Shown one piece after another: positions 17,309-26,411 of a DNA stretch of 42,640 bases. The notes below the pieces were generated by a model that saw only the letters and a program-made list of their open reading frames with translations, did no database searches and was not told the DNA's origin. Both the position numbers and the translations under genes were made by a program. The DNA comes from a virus, in the IMG/VR virus record IMGVR_UViG_2886212900_000002, positions 1 through 42,640 of that record, one strand, 5' to 3'. The stretch's first letter is position 1. Each line of letters starts with the position of its first letter.

Positions 17309-18550
17309 TTACTTACCAGGTGTGGTTGCAGAACCTGCTGCAAAGTTCGCTGGTTGGTCAGCAATCGCCGCAAATGAACCAGCAACAAAAGCTTCGGTAT
17401 CCGTTGGTTCCACATCAAGCCGATCAATCACGCGAACCTTGGTTTGGTCTTTTTCGAAGGCGCCACCGCCAATATTGGTAGTCAATAAGGAAGTGCTTTC
17501 TCGGTCAAACAAAGTTACCGCTTGCGACAAATCACCATAGTAAAGTGGATAAGCTGGTGCTGATGCAGTCCCGACATTAGGCAACCACTTGTCAGCTACC
17601 TCTACAACCCGCTTGCCGCGGATTAAATACTGATCAGGTTGTGTTGGATCGGGTTGCAATAAGTAACGCCCCATAGCATCCTTAACCTCGGAAAGCACAT
17701 TGAAACCCGACGTATTTGTCATTAAGAACGACGTAGACTTAATGGCAGGATCAACGGCAGTATTAATCATCGTAATAATGTCATCGAACTTGGACAAGTT
17801 GGGCTTTTTAGGTGCGTTGTTCATCGCCGCAATGATTTTAGCATTGCGAGTAACAACAACCTTCTTAGCAATCCATTGAGACAGCCAGGCCAAAATGTTG
17901 TCAGCTGTATCCTTTAATAACGAATTAGTGGCAGTAGTAATGCCAGCATACCGATGGATCGTATATTTGACAGTGGATAGCTTAGGATCATCATTATCAC
18001 CAATGGTGGCTGTTTCATCGTCTAAATCAGCCAACGGGGTAATATCGGTCCACTTTTCGTAAACTCGTGATCCGGTTTGTGTCGTAACAGCTTCCCGATT
18101 AACATACTGTTGTAATGAATCGAACTGGCGAACCAGTGTATTAATTGCTGTTTGAATATCTTGAGGAATAGTCAAACCAATTGCGTTGCCAGATTCGTCG
18201 GTAGAAGAAGTTACCAAGTTCATAACTTTCGGGTCGCCTTTAATCATACCTTTGAAGTTCTTGATGAACTTAGCTTTAATGTCTTTTTCATTATCATCAA
18301 GTGGGGTCTTATTCTTATCATCCATATTGGCAATTTCTTGCGCCTTACGTTCTTCTTCCAGCTGTGTGTGTAAAGCGTCACGACGAGCAACCGCGTTATC
18401 CCGTTCTGCAGTCATGTTTTTGAATTCTTCTTGGTTAAATTTATCATCTAAAACGGCAGCATTAAGCTTGCCATTTAGATCTGATACCTTTTGCCCTTGG
18501 GCAATCCAGGCATCATGTAACTGATTGATGTTTTTGTTTTTTACGAACAT
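17309..18550 (-). CDS. Major capsid protein, HK97 family (with N-terminal delta/scaffold domain)
   Basis: 413 aa, coiled-coil N-terminus, directly after the ClpP-like prohead protease. Confidence 0.85.
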   Translation of the reverse strand: MFVKNKNINQLHDAWIAQGQKVSDLNGKLNAAVLDDKFNQEEFKNMTAERDNAVARRDALHTQLEEERKAQEIANMDDKNKTPLDDNEKDIKAKFIKNFKGMIKGDPKVMNLVTSSTDESGNAIGLTIPQDIQTAINTLVRQFDSLQQYVNREAVTTQTGSRVYEKWTDITPLADLDDETATIGDNDDPKLSTVKYTIHRYAGITTATNSLLKDTADNILAWLSQWIAKKVVVTRNAKIIAAMNNAPKKPNLSKFDDIITMINTAVDPAIKSTSFLMTNTSGFNVLSEVKDAMGRYLLQPDPTQPDQYLIRGKRVVEVADKWLPNVGTASAPAYPLYYGDLSQAVTLFDRESTSLLTTNIGGGAFEKDQTKVRVIDRLDVEPTDTEAFVAGSFAAIADQPANFAAGSATTPGK

Positions 18551-19275
18551 TAGTTGTTCTCCTTTTTGTTTTTACCCATCAAAATAGCCAACTTGCTTTG
18601 CATTAGTGCATTAGCAGGTTGGCTTTCTTTAGGTTGTGTAGGTTTAGGTTGTGACTTGGAAATCAGGTTCATAAATTTGTTGATTGCCGATTTGGAAGGA
18701 ATCTCTGAAACTGAGTTGGTAAATTGAGGTTGTTTATCATCGACAAACATAATCTCGTCAGCAAAGCCTTTATCCACTGCATCTTGTGCCGTCATCCAAG
18801 TTTCGTTTGCCATTAATTGCAACACATCATCTGCGGCCATGCCAGTCTTAGCAACATACGCTGAAACAATGGACTGATCAATGCTATCTAGCACATTCGA
18901 TTCATGCGACAGGTCATCCGCGTTGCCTTGAATTCCTGACCATGCCTTATGGATCATAATCTGAGCCGTTGGTGATATGGAGACTTTGTCCCCAGCCATA
19001 GCGATCACGCTCGCAGCGCTGGCAGCTAATCCTTGCACATTAACAGTGACATTTCCCTGATAATTTTTTAACATCGTGTAAATTTCACTAGCAGCGAACA
19101 CATCGCCACCGTTAGACGCAATGTCAACTTCTACATCGTCATTAGGCCCCGCGCTATCTAGCACATCAGACACGCCGGCTGGTGATACCGCTGGCATACC
19201 GAAAAATTGATAGAATGCTGCCGTCTCATTATCGACCACGTCACCTTTAATCATTACCTTCTTCGTTATTTCCAC
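18550..19275 (-). CDS. Prohead (head maturation) protease, ClpP/S14-like
   Basis: 241 aa: ...IASNGGDVFAASEIYTMLKNYQGNVTVNVQGLAASAASVIAMAGD...IMIHKAW... Confidence 0.8.
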   Translation of the reverse strand: MEITKKVMIKGDVVDNETAAFYQFFGMPAVSPAGVSDVLDSAGPNDDVEVDIASNGGDVFAASEIYTMLKNYQGNVTVNVQGLAASAASVIAMAGDKVSISPTAQIMIHKAWSGIQGNADDLSHESNVLDSIDQSIVSAYVAKTGMAADDVLQLMANETWMTAQDAVDKGFADEIMFVDDKQPQFTNSVSEIPSKSAINKFMNLISKSQPKPTQPKESQPANALMQSKLAILMGKNKKENN

Positions 19276-20428
19276 CTCCTTCCGCTGACTGGGTCACAAC
19301 TTGTTGCGTTGCCGGATTTTTAGCTTCTGGCATATCTGCAGGGAAGTATCCCAATTGTTGCAGTACCCATGTCGCTTGGTTGTTATCAATTGTGCCGTCC
19401 TTAGCTAATCCAGATAGTGTCGTAGCAAAGGCATCGCCTAATGGATCAATTGCCGGCCGTAAATTGGCGGTGATAGTCGCGTTCAACTTGTTGTCTAGCT
19501 CCGATATAATACATTGCATATAACGGTTTAGCGCGTTGGCGTACATGCCTTTAATCTGGTCAATGCTACTTTGCTGATCGCCTTGACCGTTTAAATAACT
19601 ATCCGGAATACCAAATACTTTGGCAATCTGCTTGCTGGTCCAATCAGTCTGACTTAGAAGCTTAGTTACATCAGCCTTCATCTCGAGTGGCTTATATTCT
19701 TCCAGCTCATCAATTACAACTGGGCCGCCATTTGACTTATTGACCTGCCTCATAAAGTTACGTGATCGACTAGCTTTCATTTTTTCACTCAACAGGCCGC
19801 CATGCTGAATAGATAGCACACCAGGCGCGCTTATCGAACGTGCTAAAGCAGCTAAGGTTAAGTCATTGGAAGCGTCCTTAATCTGTAGCTCACTAGTTAG
19901 TGCTTCTAAGGGACTGATACCCGTTTGCCCGCCATTAATACCAGTTAAACGAATATGAATCATGTCGCCCTGTGGTACGTATTGCCGTACACCCAATTGG
20001 GTTTCATCAAACGTTACGGTATAAGTTAGGCCGCTTCCATCTTCCAACAAGTACGTTTCAACTTGGCTCGGACGCAAGTATTCCCAACGCATATCTAAGC
20101 CATTTGGATTACGCCAACGGTACGCAAAACATTCGCCGCCTAGCAGTAGCTGGGCAAACATTGATTGCCAGAACGCATGACCATTGGCCGTGCTGCTGGG
20201 ATTGTTCAGAATTCCTTGTGCTCGTGGCATATTGGCACTAAGCTGTACCGTCGCTAAATCACCAGATAACTGGCTGACTACCGAATAAATATCGGAATTT
20301 TTTAACGCGTCCGTTGCACTGACATAATCACGTTGACCATTGGGGGTTAAGAAATTAACAATGTCGCTATCTTCAACGGGCACACTTTGCACTTGGTTCT
20401 TAATCTCAGGTGGTCTGAAAACTGGCAT
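19247..20428 (-). CDS. Portal protein, HK97 family
   Basis: 393 aa between the terminase and the protease. Confidence 0.8.
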   Translation of the reverse strand: MPVFRPPEIKNQVQSVPVEDSDIVNFLTPNGQRDYVSATDALKNSDIYSVVSQLSGDLATVQLSANMPRAQGILNNPSSTANGHAFWQSMFAQLLLGGECFAYRWRNPNGLDMRWEYLRPSQVETYLLEDGSGLTYTVTFDETQLGVRQYVPQGDMIHIRLTGINGGQTGISPLEALTSELQIKDASNDLTLAALARSISAPGVLSIQHGGLLSEKMKASRSRNFMRQVNKSNGGPVVIDELEEYKPLEMKADVTKLLSQTDWTSKQIAKVFGIPDSYLNGQGDQQSSIDQIKGMYANALNRYMQCIISELDNKLNATITANLRPAIDPLGDAFATTLSGLAKDGTIDNNQATWVLQQLGYFPADMPEAKNPATQQVVTQSAEGGGNNEEGND

Positions 20429-20430
20429 TT

Positions 20431-20637
20431 TTAATCACCTCCTTTATTCTGGGACGTGCTAATCACTTCTGACAGCCAGCCAATTACAAACAGTGTCACC
20501 GCTACTGCCATGACACCCCAAGGCTTGCCAAATAAAAAGGCCCCGTAGTCTGCCACAATTAGGGCACTTACGAAGCATAAAAAGTCGAAATAGTGCCAAA
20601 TCATGGCAAAAAATCGTTTAAATATCATCAATATCAT
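20431..20637 (-). CDS. Small two-TM membrane protein between terminase and portal
   Basis: 68 aa, two hydrophobic helices. Start uncertain. Confidence 0.35.
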   Translation of the reverse strand: MILMIFKRFFAMIWHYFDFLCFVSALIVADYGAFLFGKPWGVMAVAVTLFVIGWLSEVISTSQNKGGD

Positions 20638-22132
20638 CTCCTAGCAATCCTGACTCCGGGTTATTAAACCATTCTAAGACCTGTTCCTTAGTCATACGTT
20701 CCACTTGCTTATCAGGATTGTTCACGTCTGAAAAGTCTTCAAAGTGATACATGGCTTGGAATAAGGCATCAATCAGCGCATCAACCACATCAATTTTTAG
20801 CGTGGCTTTTGCCTTATCAACCTGAATGCCAATCTTATCTTCATAGATTTCTGCATTCAGTAGCGCCTTTTCCATAATTCGATCATCAAGTCGGTCAACT
20901 GACCCTTCAACAAACACCTTTTGTAAAAACTTGGTTGGGTCTTTCAGTTCACTGGTTCGTTGACGAATAGCTTCTAGCGGCCAACCAGAATTAAGCTCTA
21001 GCTGTTTGATAGCCGGCGTAGCTCCCCAAGCATCATAACCAAAAAAGACCACCTCTAACCGGTGACGATCCACGAAGTTTAGCAGCCACTGATAGACTTG
21101 TTCGTCATTAATCAGTCCTTGCGGGTGACTACTGATAGTACAGAAACCTTTTTGAGCTAAATTACGATAATTGATGCCATCTTGTTTTTCTTTGGCTTCA
21201 ATCGAGCCGGCTTTCTGCCACGGAATAAAACTATGCTGGTAAATAAACCAGCGTGGCTTGCCTGTAGCATCCTGATAGGGGAACACAAATGCCAAAGCAG
21301 TATTATCGCTAAACATTGAGTAGTCAAATCCAATGTAGACTTGGCGATCATCGAAACTAAACGATGGCACAATGGATTTTTCAACGTCAGGTAATTTGAG
21401 GAAGCTGTCCACTGATTGTTCTAGCCAAAGGTTGAGGTTTTTATTCTGGAAGTCATTAATTGTGCCTGACAACGCGTCAGAATCACGCTTGTCTGTCAGC
21501 CCGTTCATTAAAACTTCATATTGGCTTGGTAAATCAAGCAAAGGATTACTTTTTACCCAGGTTTCCGGCTTAAACGTCTCGTCTAAGCTGTCTTGGGCCC
21601 AAATCAGGCCTAAGTAAGTATCAGCATCACGTGAGTAATCCTGTTCCATCGCTTGCTGAATCATGCGTTCATCATCATGAAATGGAACTGTGGGATCAGG
21701 ATAAGCTGTTGAAATCTGAACGAACTGCTTATTACGCACCTTAACTTGACCCGAAACAATTTTAGAAATCTTCTGCCGTGTTTTTACTTCACCAATTTCA
21801 TCAAAAATAGCAGTTGTAAAGTGAAAACTATCGTACTGGCCCGCTTCATGGCTGATCGCACGTAGCTTGTTATTAGTCTTGCTCATTGTGACTTGATCGG
21901 CCTGTGAGGACAGCGTCCGTGTATCTAATCCACTATCTTGAATTAGTGTTTTAAATGGTTCAATCGTTGCAATCTTGGCTAGCATTGACTTAATGTAGCC
22001 CAGAATCTTGCTCGTTTGTTTGTAATTAATAGATGAGACTAGGTAATCTTGGTTAGATAGTCCCAGTGATTCAATTAAATAGCTATAAGCGGTGATAATT
22101 GCCATAAGATAAGTTTTGCCTTGGCCATTCAA
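20618..22132 (-). CDS. Terminase large subunit, C-terminal 504-aa portion (begins inside Walker A)
   Basis: The ORF opens with (TTG)NGQGKTYLMA, the GKT of the Walker A motif. The rest is ATPase plus nuclease-domain length. Its frame is -1 relative to 22129..22545. Confidence 0.8.
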   Translation of the reverse strand: MNGQGKTYLMAIITAYSYLIESLGLSNQDYLVSSINYKQTSKILGYIKSMLAKIATIEPFKTLIQDSGLDTRTLSSQADQVTMSKTNNKLRAISHEAGQYDSFHFTTAIFDEIGEVKTRQKISKIVSGQVKVRNKQFVQISTAYPDPTVPFHDDERMIQQAMEQDYSRDADTYLGLIWAQDSLDETFKPETWVKSNPLLDLPSQYEVLMNGLTDKRDSDALSGTINDFQNKNLNLWLEQSVDSFLKLPDVEKSIVPSFSFDDRQVYIGFDYSMFSDNTALAFVFPYQDATGKPRWFIYQHSFIPWQKAGSIEAKEKQDGINYRNLAQKGFCTISSHPQGLINDEQVYQWLLNFVDRHRLEVVFFGYDAWGATPAIKQLELNSGWPLEAIRQRTSELKDPTKFLQKVFVEGSVDRLDDRIMEKALLNAEIYEDKIGIQVDKAKATLKIDVVDALIDALFQAMYHFEDFSDVNNPDKQVERMTKEQVLEWFNNPESGLLGDDIDDI

Positions 22133-22545
22133 CCTCGCGCAACTGAAACAATAGCCCGTGAAAAACGCTTGCCACCGTCATCATTACGCCAGCCAATTAG
22201 CATAGCCATAATGAATTTCTGCCACATCATTAGCTTAGTTGGTTCGCCTGTGTCAACATTTGGGCAGATGGAAGCAAATTTAAGTACTTGATCCACTCGT
22301 TTTACCGAGTAAGCAAACGGAAATTCAACGCTACCTTGTCGTTGCAAGTCTCTAATGTGGCGAAAAGCCGCTAGCTTAATCAGATAGCCAGTAATCACCT
22401 TCTCATCCAGGGCTTCAAAAGCATATTTTGTGCCTGGATCAGTGTATTGCTGGCGAACTTCTGAACAATCTAACGCTTGATAAGCTCCAATAACATCATG
22501 GGTTTGGGTTAAATCAATGCGCAAATTAATCACCTCCTTTAACAA
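22129..22545 (-). CDS. Terminase large subunit, N-terminal 138-aa portion (ends inside Walker A)
   Basis: Ends ...KRFSRAIVSVARG*. Joined to the next ORF by a 1-nt correction it gives SVARG-LNGQGKT, which fits GxxxxGKT. Confidence 0.75.
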   Translation of the reverse strand: MLKEVINLRIDLTQTHDVIGAYQALDCSEVRQQYTDPGTKYAFEALDEKVITGYLIKLAAFRHIRDLQRQGSVEFPFAYSVKRVDQVLKFASICPNVDTGEPTKLMMWQKFIMAMLIGWRNDDGGKRFSRAIVSVARG

Positions 22546-22559
22546 GTAGTCTTTTTTTA

Positions 22560-23015
22560 CTATCCCAAAAATTCTTTCATACGATCACTAATACTTCGCT
22601 CGTCTTTATGGTCATCTAAGTTTAACTTGAGCAAATCACTACGTGACTTAGGAGATAGTCCCAATTCAGCGCCTAGTTTAGTCAGATTTTTAACCGCTGA
22701 ATCGTAAATTTGTGTCATAGGATTACGCTTGTATCCCACGAAGTCTCGACCAATTTTTTTACCGGTCTGATCTTGTAACGTTTTATAGATTGCTTGGACT
22801 TCACCGTTTTCCTGGATATGTTTATACGCATTGCGGTAAATCTCATATTGGGAAGCATATTGTTCCACAAGACCGCTATCAATGCGCTTAACTGGGGTAT
22901 TATCCTCTAAAAAAGGCACTAATCGACGCCAAACGACCTTAGCTTGCCGTCCTAAGTAAGCTGGCGGTGTGCGCGTTAATTGACCATTGTTGACGTCTTT
23001 ATCCGCTTTTTTCAT
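22560..23015 (-). CDS. Terminase small subunit (P27 family)
   Basis: 151 aa: ...PPAYLGRQAKVVWRRLVPFLED...YKRNPMTQIYDSAVKNLTKLGAELGLSPKSRSDL. Confidence 0.8.
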   Translation of the reverse strand: MKKADKDVNNGQLTRTPPAYLGRQAKVVWRRLVPFLEDNTPVKRIDSGLVEQYASQYEIYRNAYKHIQENGEVQAIYKTLQDQTGKKIGRDFVGYKRNPMTQIYDSAVKNLTKLGAELGLSPKSRSDLLKLNLDDHKDERSISDRMKEFLG

Positions 23016-23292
23016 TTTCTCTGCCTCCTTTCATTATTGGGTGACCCCCCCTACCTAAAATATTTCAAAAAACGTTTGTGTCACAAGATGAGGGTATTGT
23101 GTGCGCTCTTCTCGGCCGTTAATAAGGGGCGGGGGTGATTTTTATTTGTCTTTCGATACATTACACCTGATTGTTCTATTATCCCTTAGAACGAAAATTA
23201 CACGTGTTTAAATGGACAGTCAGATAATCAGGTGTGCTATCGGTAAACATAATTTTACAGTCCGAATACCCGGTAGACCGTTTCCACAATCA
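23016..23292. other. Probable cos / packaging recognition region
   Basis: 277-bp non-coding gap between the HNH and TerS genes, the usual cos position in HNH-dependent HK97-like packaging. It contains a C7 run (23045..23051) and GGGGCGGGGG (about 23126..23135) in otherwise AT-rich DNA. Confidence 0.4.
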
Positions 23293-23820
23293 TCACTCCT
23301 TATTCATCAATACATTAATGGCACTCACATCAGTAATCTCAGCAACTTGTCTTAACTCGTTGCCTTGGCTTGTGCCATAGTAACTTTGTTCCCAATCCGT
23401 CTTCATTCGGTGACACTTACCACATATGACAGCAAGGTTATCAACGTTTGCTTTGAGTGTTTGGTCGTACTCAATAGGAACAATATGATCAACTGTCTTG
23501 GCAGCCGTGATGATTCCTTGCACACGACAATACGCGCACAAGTAATGGTCACGTTCTAGGACTTGTTGCCTTAGATGTGACCATTGCCTTGTACGATAGA
23601 AGCTGTATTGCTGACGCTTAGTGTCATCACGATTACGTGTGACCGTGTTGTACTTGTGCGTGTAATGCTTATCGTGGCTACGTGCCCAACGTTCACGGCT
23701 TGCTAGGTACTCTGCTTCATGCTCGTAGTGTTCACTGCAATAGTGATCTGGTAGTTCCACCATCTGATGGCATCCTGGTTGCCGGCACCTACGTACTCTA
23801 GGCATCTTCATCATCCTCAA
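23293..23820 (-). CDS. HNH endonuclease (packaging-associated)
   Basis: 175 aa: CAYCRVQG...VDHIVPIEY...NLAVICGKCHRMKT. Sits next to TerS. Confidence 0.8.
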   Translation of the reverse strand: MRMMKMPRVRRCRQPGCHQMVELPDHYCSEHYEHEAEYLASRERWARSHDKHYTHKYNTVTRNRDDTKRQQYSFYRTRQWSHLRQQVLERDHYLCAYCRVQGIITAAKTVDHIVPIEYDQTLKANVDNLAVICGKCHRMKTDWEQSYYGTSQGNELRQVAEITDVSAINVLMNKE

Positions 23821-23850
23821 ACATTGCTGTGACGTGTGTATGCTGGAGCC

Positions 23851-24750
23851 TTACCCCACGTACTCCAGCAACAATTCCTCCCGTCGTGTTCCAACGGCCG
23901 TCAGGCTGTGTTTTTTGCCCAAATTAAAAGCCACCTCGGTATGAGGTAGCTTCGTATATTCACTTATATAGATTTGCTTGGCTGGACACGCGGCAAGCCA
24001 AGCGTAGAAGGCGTCTGGATTCCACCCGCCATAGTTCACTCCGGTGTTAACGTAAGGCGGATCACAGTAGACAATGTCATCCGGTCGAATGATTAGATCG
24101 TGATAATCCAGCGTTGAATATTCCAGTTGTTGCAGTCGTTCCGTTGGTTCCAGTTGTTTCAGTCGTTCGAGTTGTTGTAGTTGCCCCAGTTGCTGGAGGA
24201 TGTCATAATGACCACTAATGTTCATTTCCTCACGCCGCCACTTGTGAAACATTTTATATTTCCCAGAAATGCTGGTTTCATTTTTTGAATACGAATAAAG
24301 GTCATCTAGTTTTGTGCCAGTATTCCCAAAAAAGAGTGCCCGCGTCCGTTGTAGCTTTTCTTTTTCGACTTTCTTTCCCCACAGATAGTCGCGCATGTTA
24401 TTACCAAACGACCACGCGATTAGAACTAGCGTTCGTTCAATGGAATCAGGCATGTTATCTCGCCAGTTGTAAAACGTTTCGCGATCCATATATACATACT
24501 TTATCAGATCAAAATGAGGGCTGTCTTCGATCAATGCTTTGAGCAAATTAACAACGGTTTTCCGTCGGTCATTGTAAATCACTTCGTCCCACTTACCGCT
24601 GTTACATGCGTGTAAACTAATACTCCCGCCACCACCAAACACGTCGATGAACCGTCCACCCGATGGCAATAGGTCAATGATCTGCTGCGCCTTTTGGCCT
24701 TTGTTGCCAACATACGGCAGGCCACACATCCACTTTTCTGAATTTTTCAA
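23851..24750 (-). CDS. Orphan DNA N6-adenine methyltransferase, D12/Dam-like (paralogue 1)
   Basis: 299 aa. FIDVFGGGGS (FxGxG AdoMet motif) N-terminal and VYCDPPY (DPPY catalytic motif) C-terminal. TTG start after GAGGA. No adjacent restriction gene. Confidence 0.8.
   Translation of the reverse strand: MKNSEKWMCGLPYVGNKGQKAQQIIDLLPSGGRFIDVFGGGGSISLHACNSGKWDEVIYNDRRKTVVNLLKALIEDSPHFDLIKYVYMDRETFYNWRDNMPDSIERTLVLIAWSFGNNMRDYLWGKKVEKEKLQRTRALFFGNTGTKLDDLYSYSKNETSISGKYKMFHKWRREEMNISGHYDILQQLGQLQQLERLKQLEPTERLQQLEYSTLDYHDLIIRPDDIVYCDPPYVNTGVNYGGWNPDAFYAWLAACPAKQIYISEYTKLPHTEVAFNLGKKHSLTAVGTRREELLLEYVG
24124..24195 (-). repeat. In-frame degenerate 9-bp tandem array (8 units of cagttgttg-like), encoding (Q/E)(Q/R)L heptad-like repeats in methyltransferase 1
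   Basis: Read directly: cagttgttg cagtcgttc cgttggttc cagttgttt cagtcgttc gagttgttg tagttgccc cagttgctg. Confidence 0.85.
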
Positions 24751-24889
24751 TTTGATTTCCTCGTTTTATCATCTTTCAACTGCAAACTAAAAGCGCCATG
24801 CTTCTTAGCATGACGTTTGTCTTGTTTGATGGCCTTGTCAGCACGAGCGATCAGCTCCCGTAGGCCTGTGACGTGTGTATGCTGGAGCC

Positions 24890-25849
24890 TTACCCCACGT
24901 ACTTCAGCAACAATTCCTCCCGTCGTGTTCCAACGCCCGTCATACTGTGTTTCTTGCCCAAATTAAAAGCCACCTCGGTATGAGGTAGCTTCGTATATTC
25001 GCTTATATAGATTTGCTTTGCCGGACAGTTAGCAAGCCATGCGTAGAAGGCGTCTGGATTCCACCCGCCATAGTCCCTGCTGGTGTTAACGTAAGGTGGG
25101 TCACAGTAGACAATATCATCTGGTTGAATGATTAAGTCGTGATAATCAAGCGTTGAATATTCCAGTTGTTGCAGTTGTTGCAGTTGTTGCAGTTGTTGCA
25201 GTCGTTCCATTTGTTGCAGTTGTTGCAGTTGTTCCAATTGTTGCAGTTGTTGCAGTTGTTCCAATTGTTCCAGTTGTTTCATTAGTTCGATTTCGCTGGC
25301 GTGGCTACCACGCGCATTCATCACCTCACGCCGCCACTTGTGATATGCTGTGTATTTCTCAGCAATTGACTGCTTGCTCCTTGTGACGGTGAATAAATTG
25401 TCGTACTGTGTGCCAGTGTCACCATAAAACATCGCCCGTGTTGCCAACAACTTGTTGTCTTCAGTTTGGCCACGACCCCACATATAGAAGCGCATGATAT
25501 TACCAAACGACCATGCAATTAAAACAAGCGTTCGTTCGATGGAATCGGGCATGTTATCTCGCCAGTTGTTGAACGTTTCGCGGGTCATATAGACGTATTT
25601 ATTTAGGTCAAGGTGTGGCTCATCGGTGAGCAACGTTTTAAGTAGCCCAACCACGGTCTTGCGGCGGTCATTGTAAATCACTTCGTCCCACTTACCGCTG
25701 TTACATGCGTGTAAACTAATACTCCCACCACCACCAAACACGTCGATGAACCGTCCACCTGATGGCAATATGTCAATGATTTGCTGTGCCTTTTGGCCTT
25801 TGTTGCCAACGTACGGCAGGCCGCGCATCCACTTTTCTGAATTTTTCAA
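24890..25849 (-). CDS. Orphan DNA N6-adenine methyltransferase, D12/Dam-like (paralogue 2)
   Basis: 319 aa. N- and C-terminal thirds are near-identical to paralogue 1. The central region diverges and the QQL repeat is longer. Confidence 0.8.
   Translation of the reverse strand: MKNSEKWMRGLPYVGNKGQKAQQIIDILPSGGRFIDVFGGGGSISLHACNSGKWDEVIYNDRRKTVVGLLKTLLTDEPHLDLNKYVYMTRETFNNWRDNMPDSIERTLVLIAWSFGNIMRFYMWGRGQTEDNKLLATRAMFYGDTGTQYDNLFTVTRSKQSIAEKYTAYHKWRREVMNARGSHASEIELMKQLEQLEQLQQLQQLEQLQQLQQMERLQQLQQLQQLQQLEYSTLDYHDLIIQPDDIVYCDPPYVNTSRDYGGWNPDAFYAWLANCPAKQIYISEYTKLPHTEVAFNLGKKHSMTGVGTRREELLLKYVG
25164..25289 (-). repeat. In-frame 9-bp tandem array (14 units; the first four are perfect cagttgttg) in methyltransferase 2
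   Basis: Read directly. It encodes ...KQLEQLEQLQQLQQLEQLQQLQQMERLQQLQQLQQLQQLE. Confidence 0.9.
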
Positions 25850-26007
25850 TTTGATTTCCTCGTTTTATCATCTTTCAACTGCATATTAAAAGCGCCATGC
25901 TTCTCAGCACGACGCTCACGCTTCTTCTTATCAGCCAACCAACGTTCTAAGTCACGATAGCAATGGTTCTCTACTGGGCTAACATAACCATACTCAGTGT
26001 GTCGCAT
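25846..26007 (-). CDS. Small basic protein (53 aa), translationally coupled to methyltransferase 2
   Basis: Manual translation: MRHTEYGYVSPVENHCYRDLERWLADKKKRERRAEKHGAFNMQLKDDKTRKSN. Its stop overlaps the TTG start of the methyltransferase. Its 3' end is duplicated upstream of methyltransferase 1. Confidence 0.4.
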   Translation of the reverse strand: MRHTEYGYVSPVENHCYRDLERWLADKKKRERRAEKHGAFNMQLKDDKTRKSN

Positions 26008-26098
26008 GCAGCCACACTCCCAACACGATAATTAATAGCACCATCAGCAGGCCGAATATTAAGTTGTCCCGTTGATAGTTTCTCATTACATCACCTCA

Positions 26099-26392
26099 TT
26101 ATGAAACCGCACTTTTATACCACTCAGTTATAGATTTCATTTGCTCTGGTGTTGCTGTTAAGAATGCAGACACATCAGCTTCCATATATCTTGGCTTGAA
26201 CCCATCATAATTTTGGAGTTGTCTAATCGAGATGTACTTGTTAACCCAAATTTCATTAACTTCAATAGTATGGTTGCGCATGACTTTTCTTGCTTTAGGA
26301 TAGGTTCTATATAACCTTTCGAAATCAAGATGCATCCGATTTTCAGCATCTTTTAAAGTCCCGCACAGCACGACCGTTAGTGTCGTTTTCAT
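26099..26392 (-). CDS. Hypothetical protein
   Basis: 97-aa ORF with a GGAGG RBS directly after the tRNA-cluster terminator. Confidence 0.5.
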   Translation of the reverse strand: MKTTLTVVLCGTLKDAENRMHLDFERLYRTYPKARKVMRNHTIEVNEIWVNKYISIRQLQNYDGFKPRYMEADVSAFLTATPEQMKSITEWYKSAVS

Positions 26393-26411
26393 CTTTCATT
26401 TCCTCCAAACT

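Noticed and set aside
22129-22135. Programmed ribosomal frameshift or translational coupling as the explanation for the split terminase
   Set aside because: The junction lacks a slippery heptamer and the split falls inside the P-loop. Two separately translated polypeptides would each lack a complete Walker A motif. An indel (real or artefactual) is more parsimonious.
25153-25386. Plus-strand ORF encoding VAVVAVVAVV... repeats
   Set aside because: It is the antisense reading of the in-frame (QQL)n 9-bp array of methyltransferase 2. It has no RBS and is entirely contained in a well-supported minus-strand gene.
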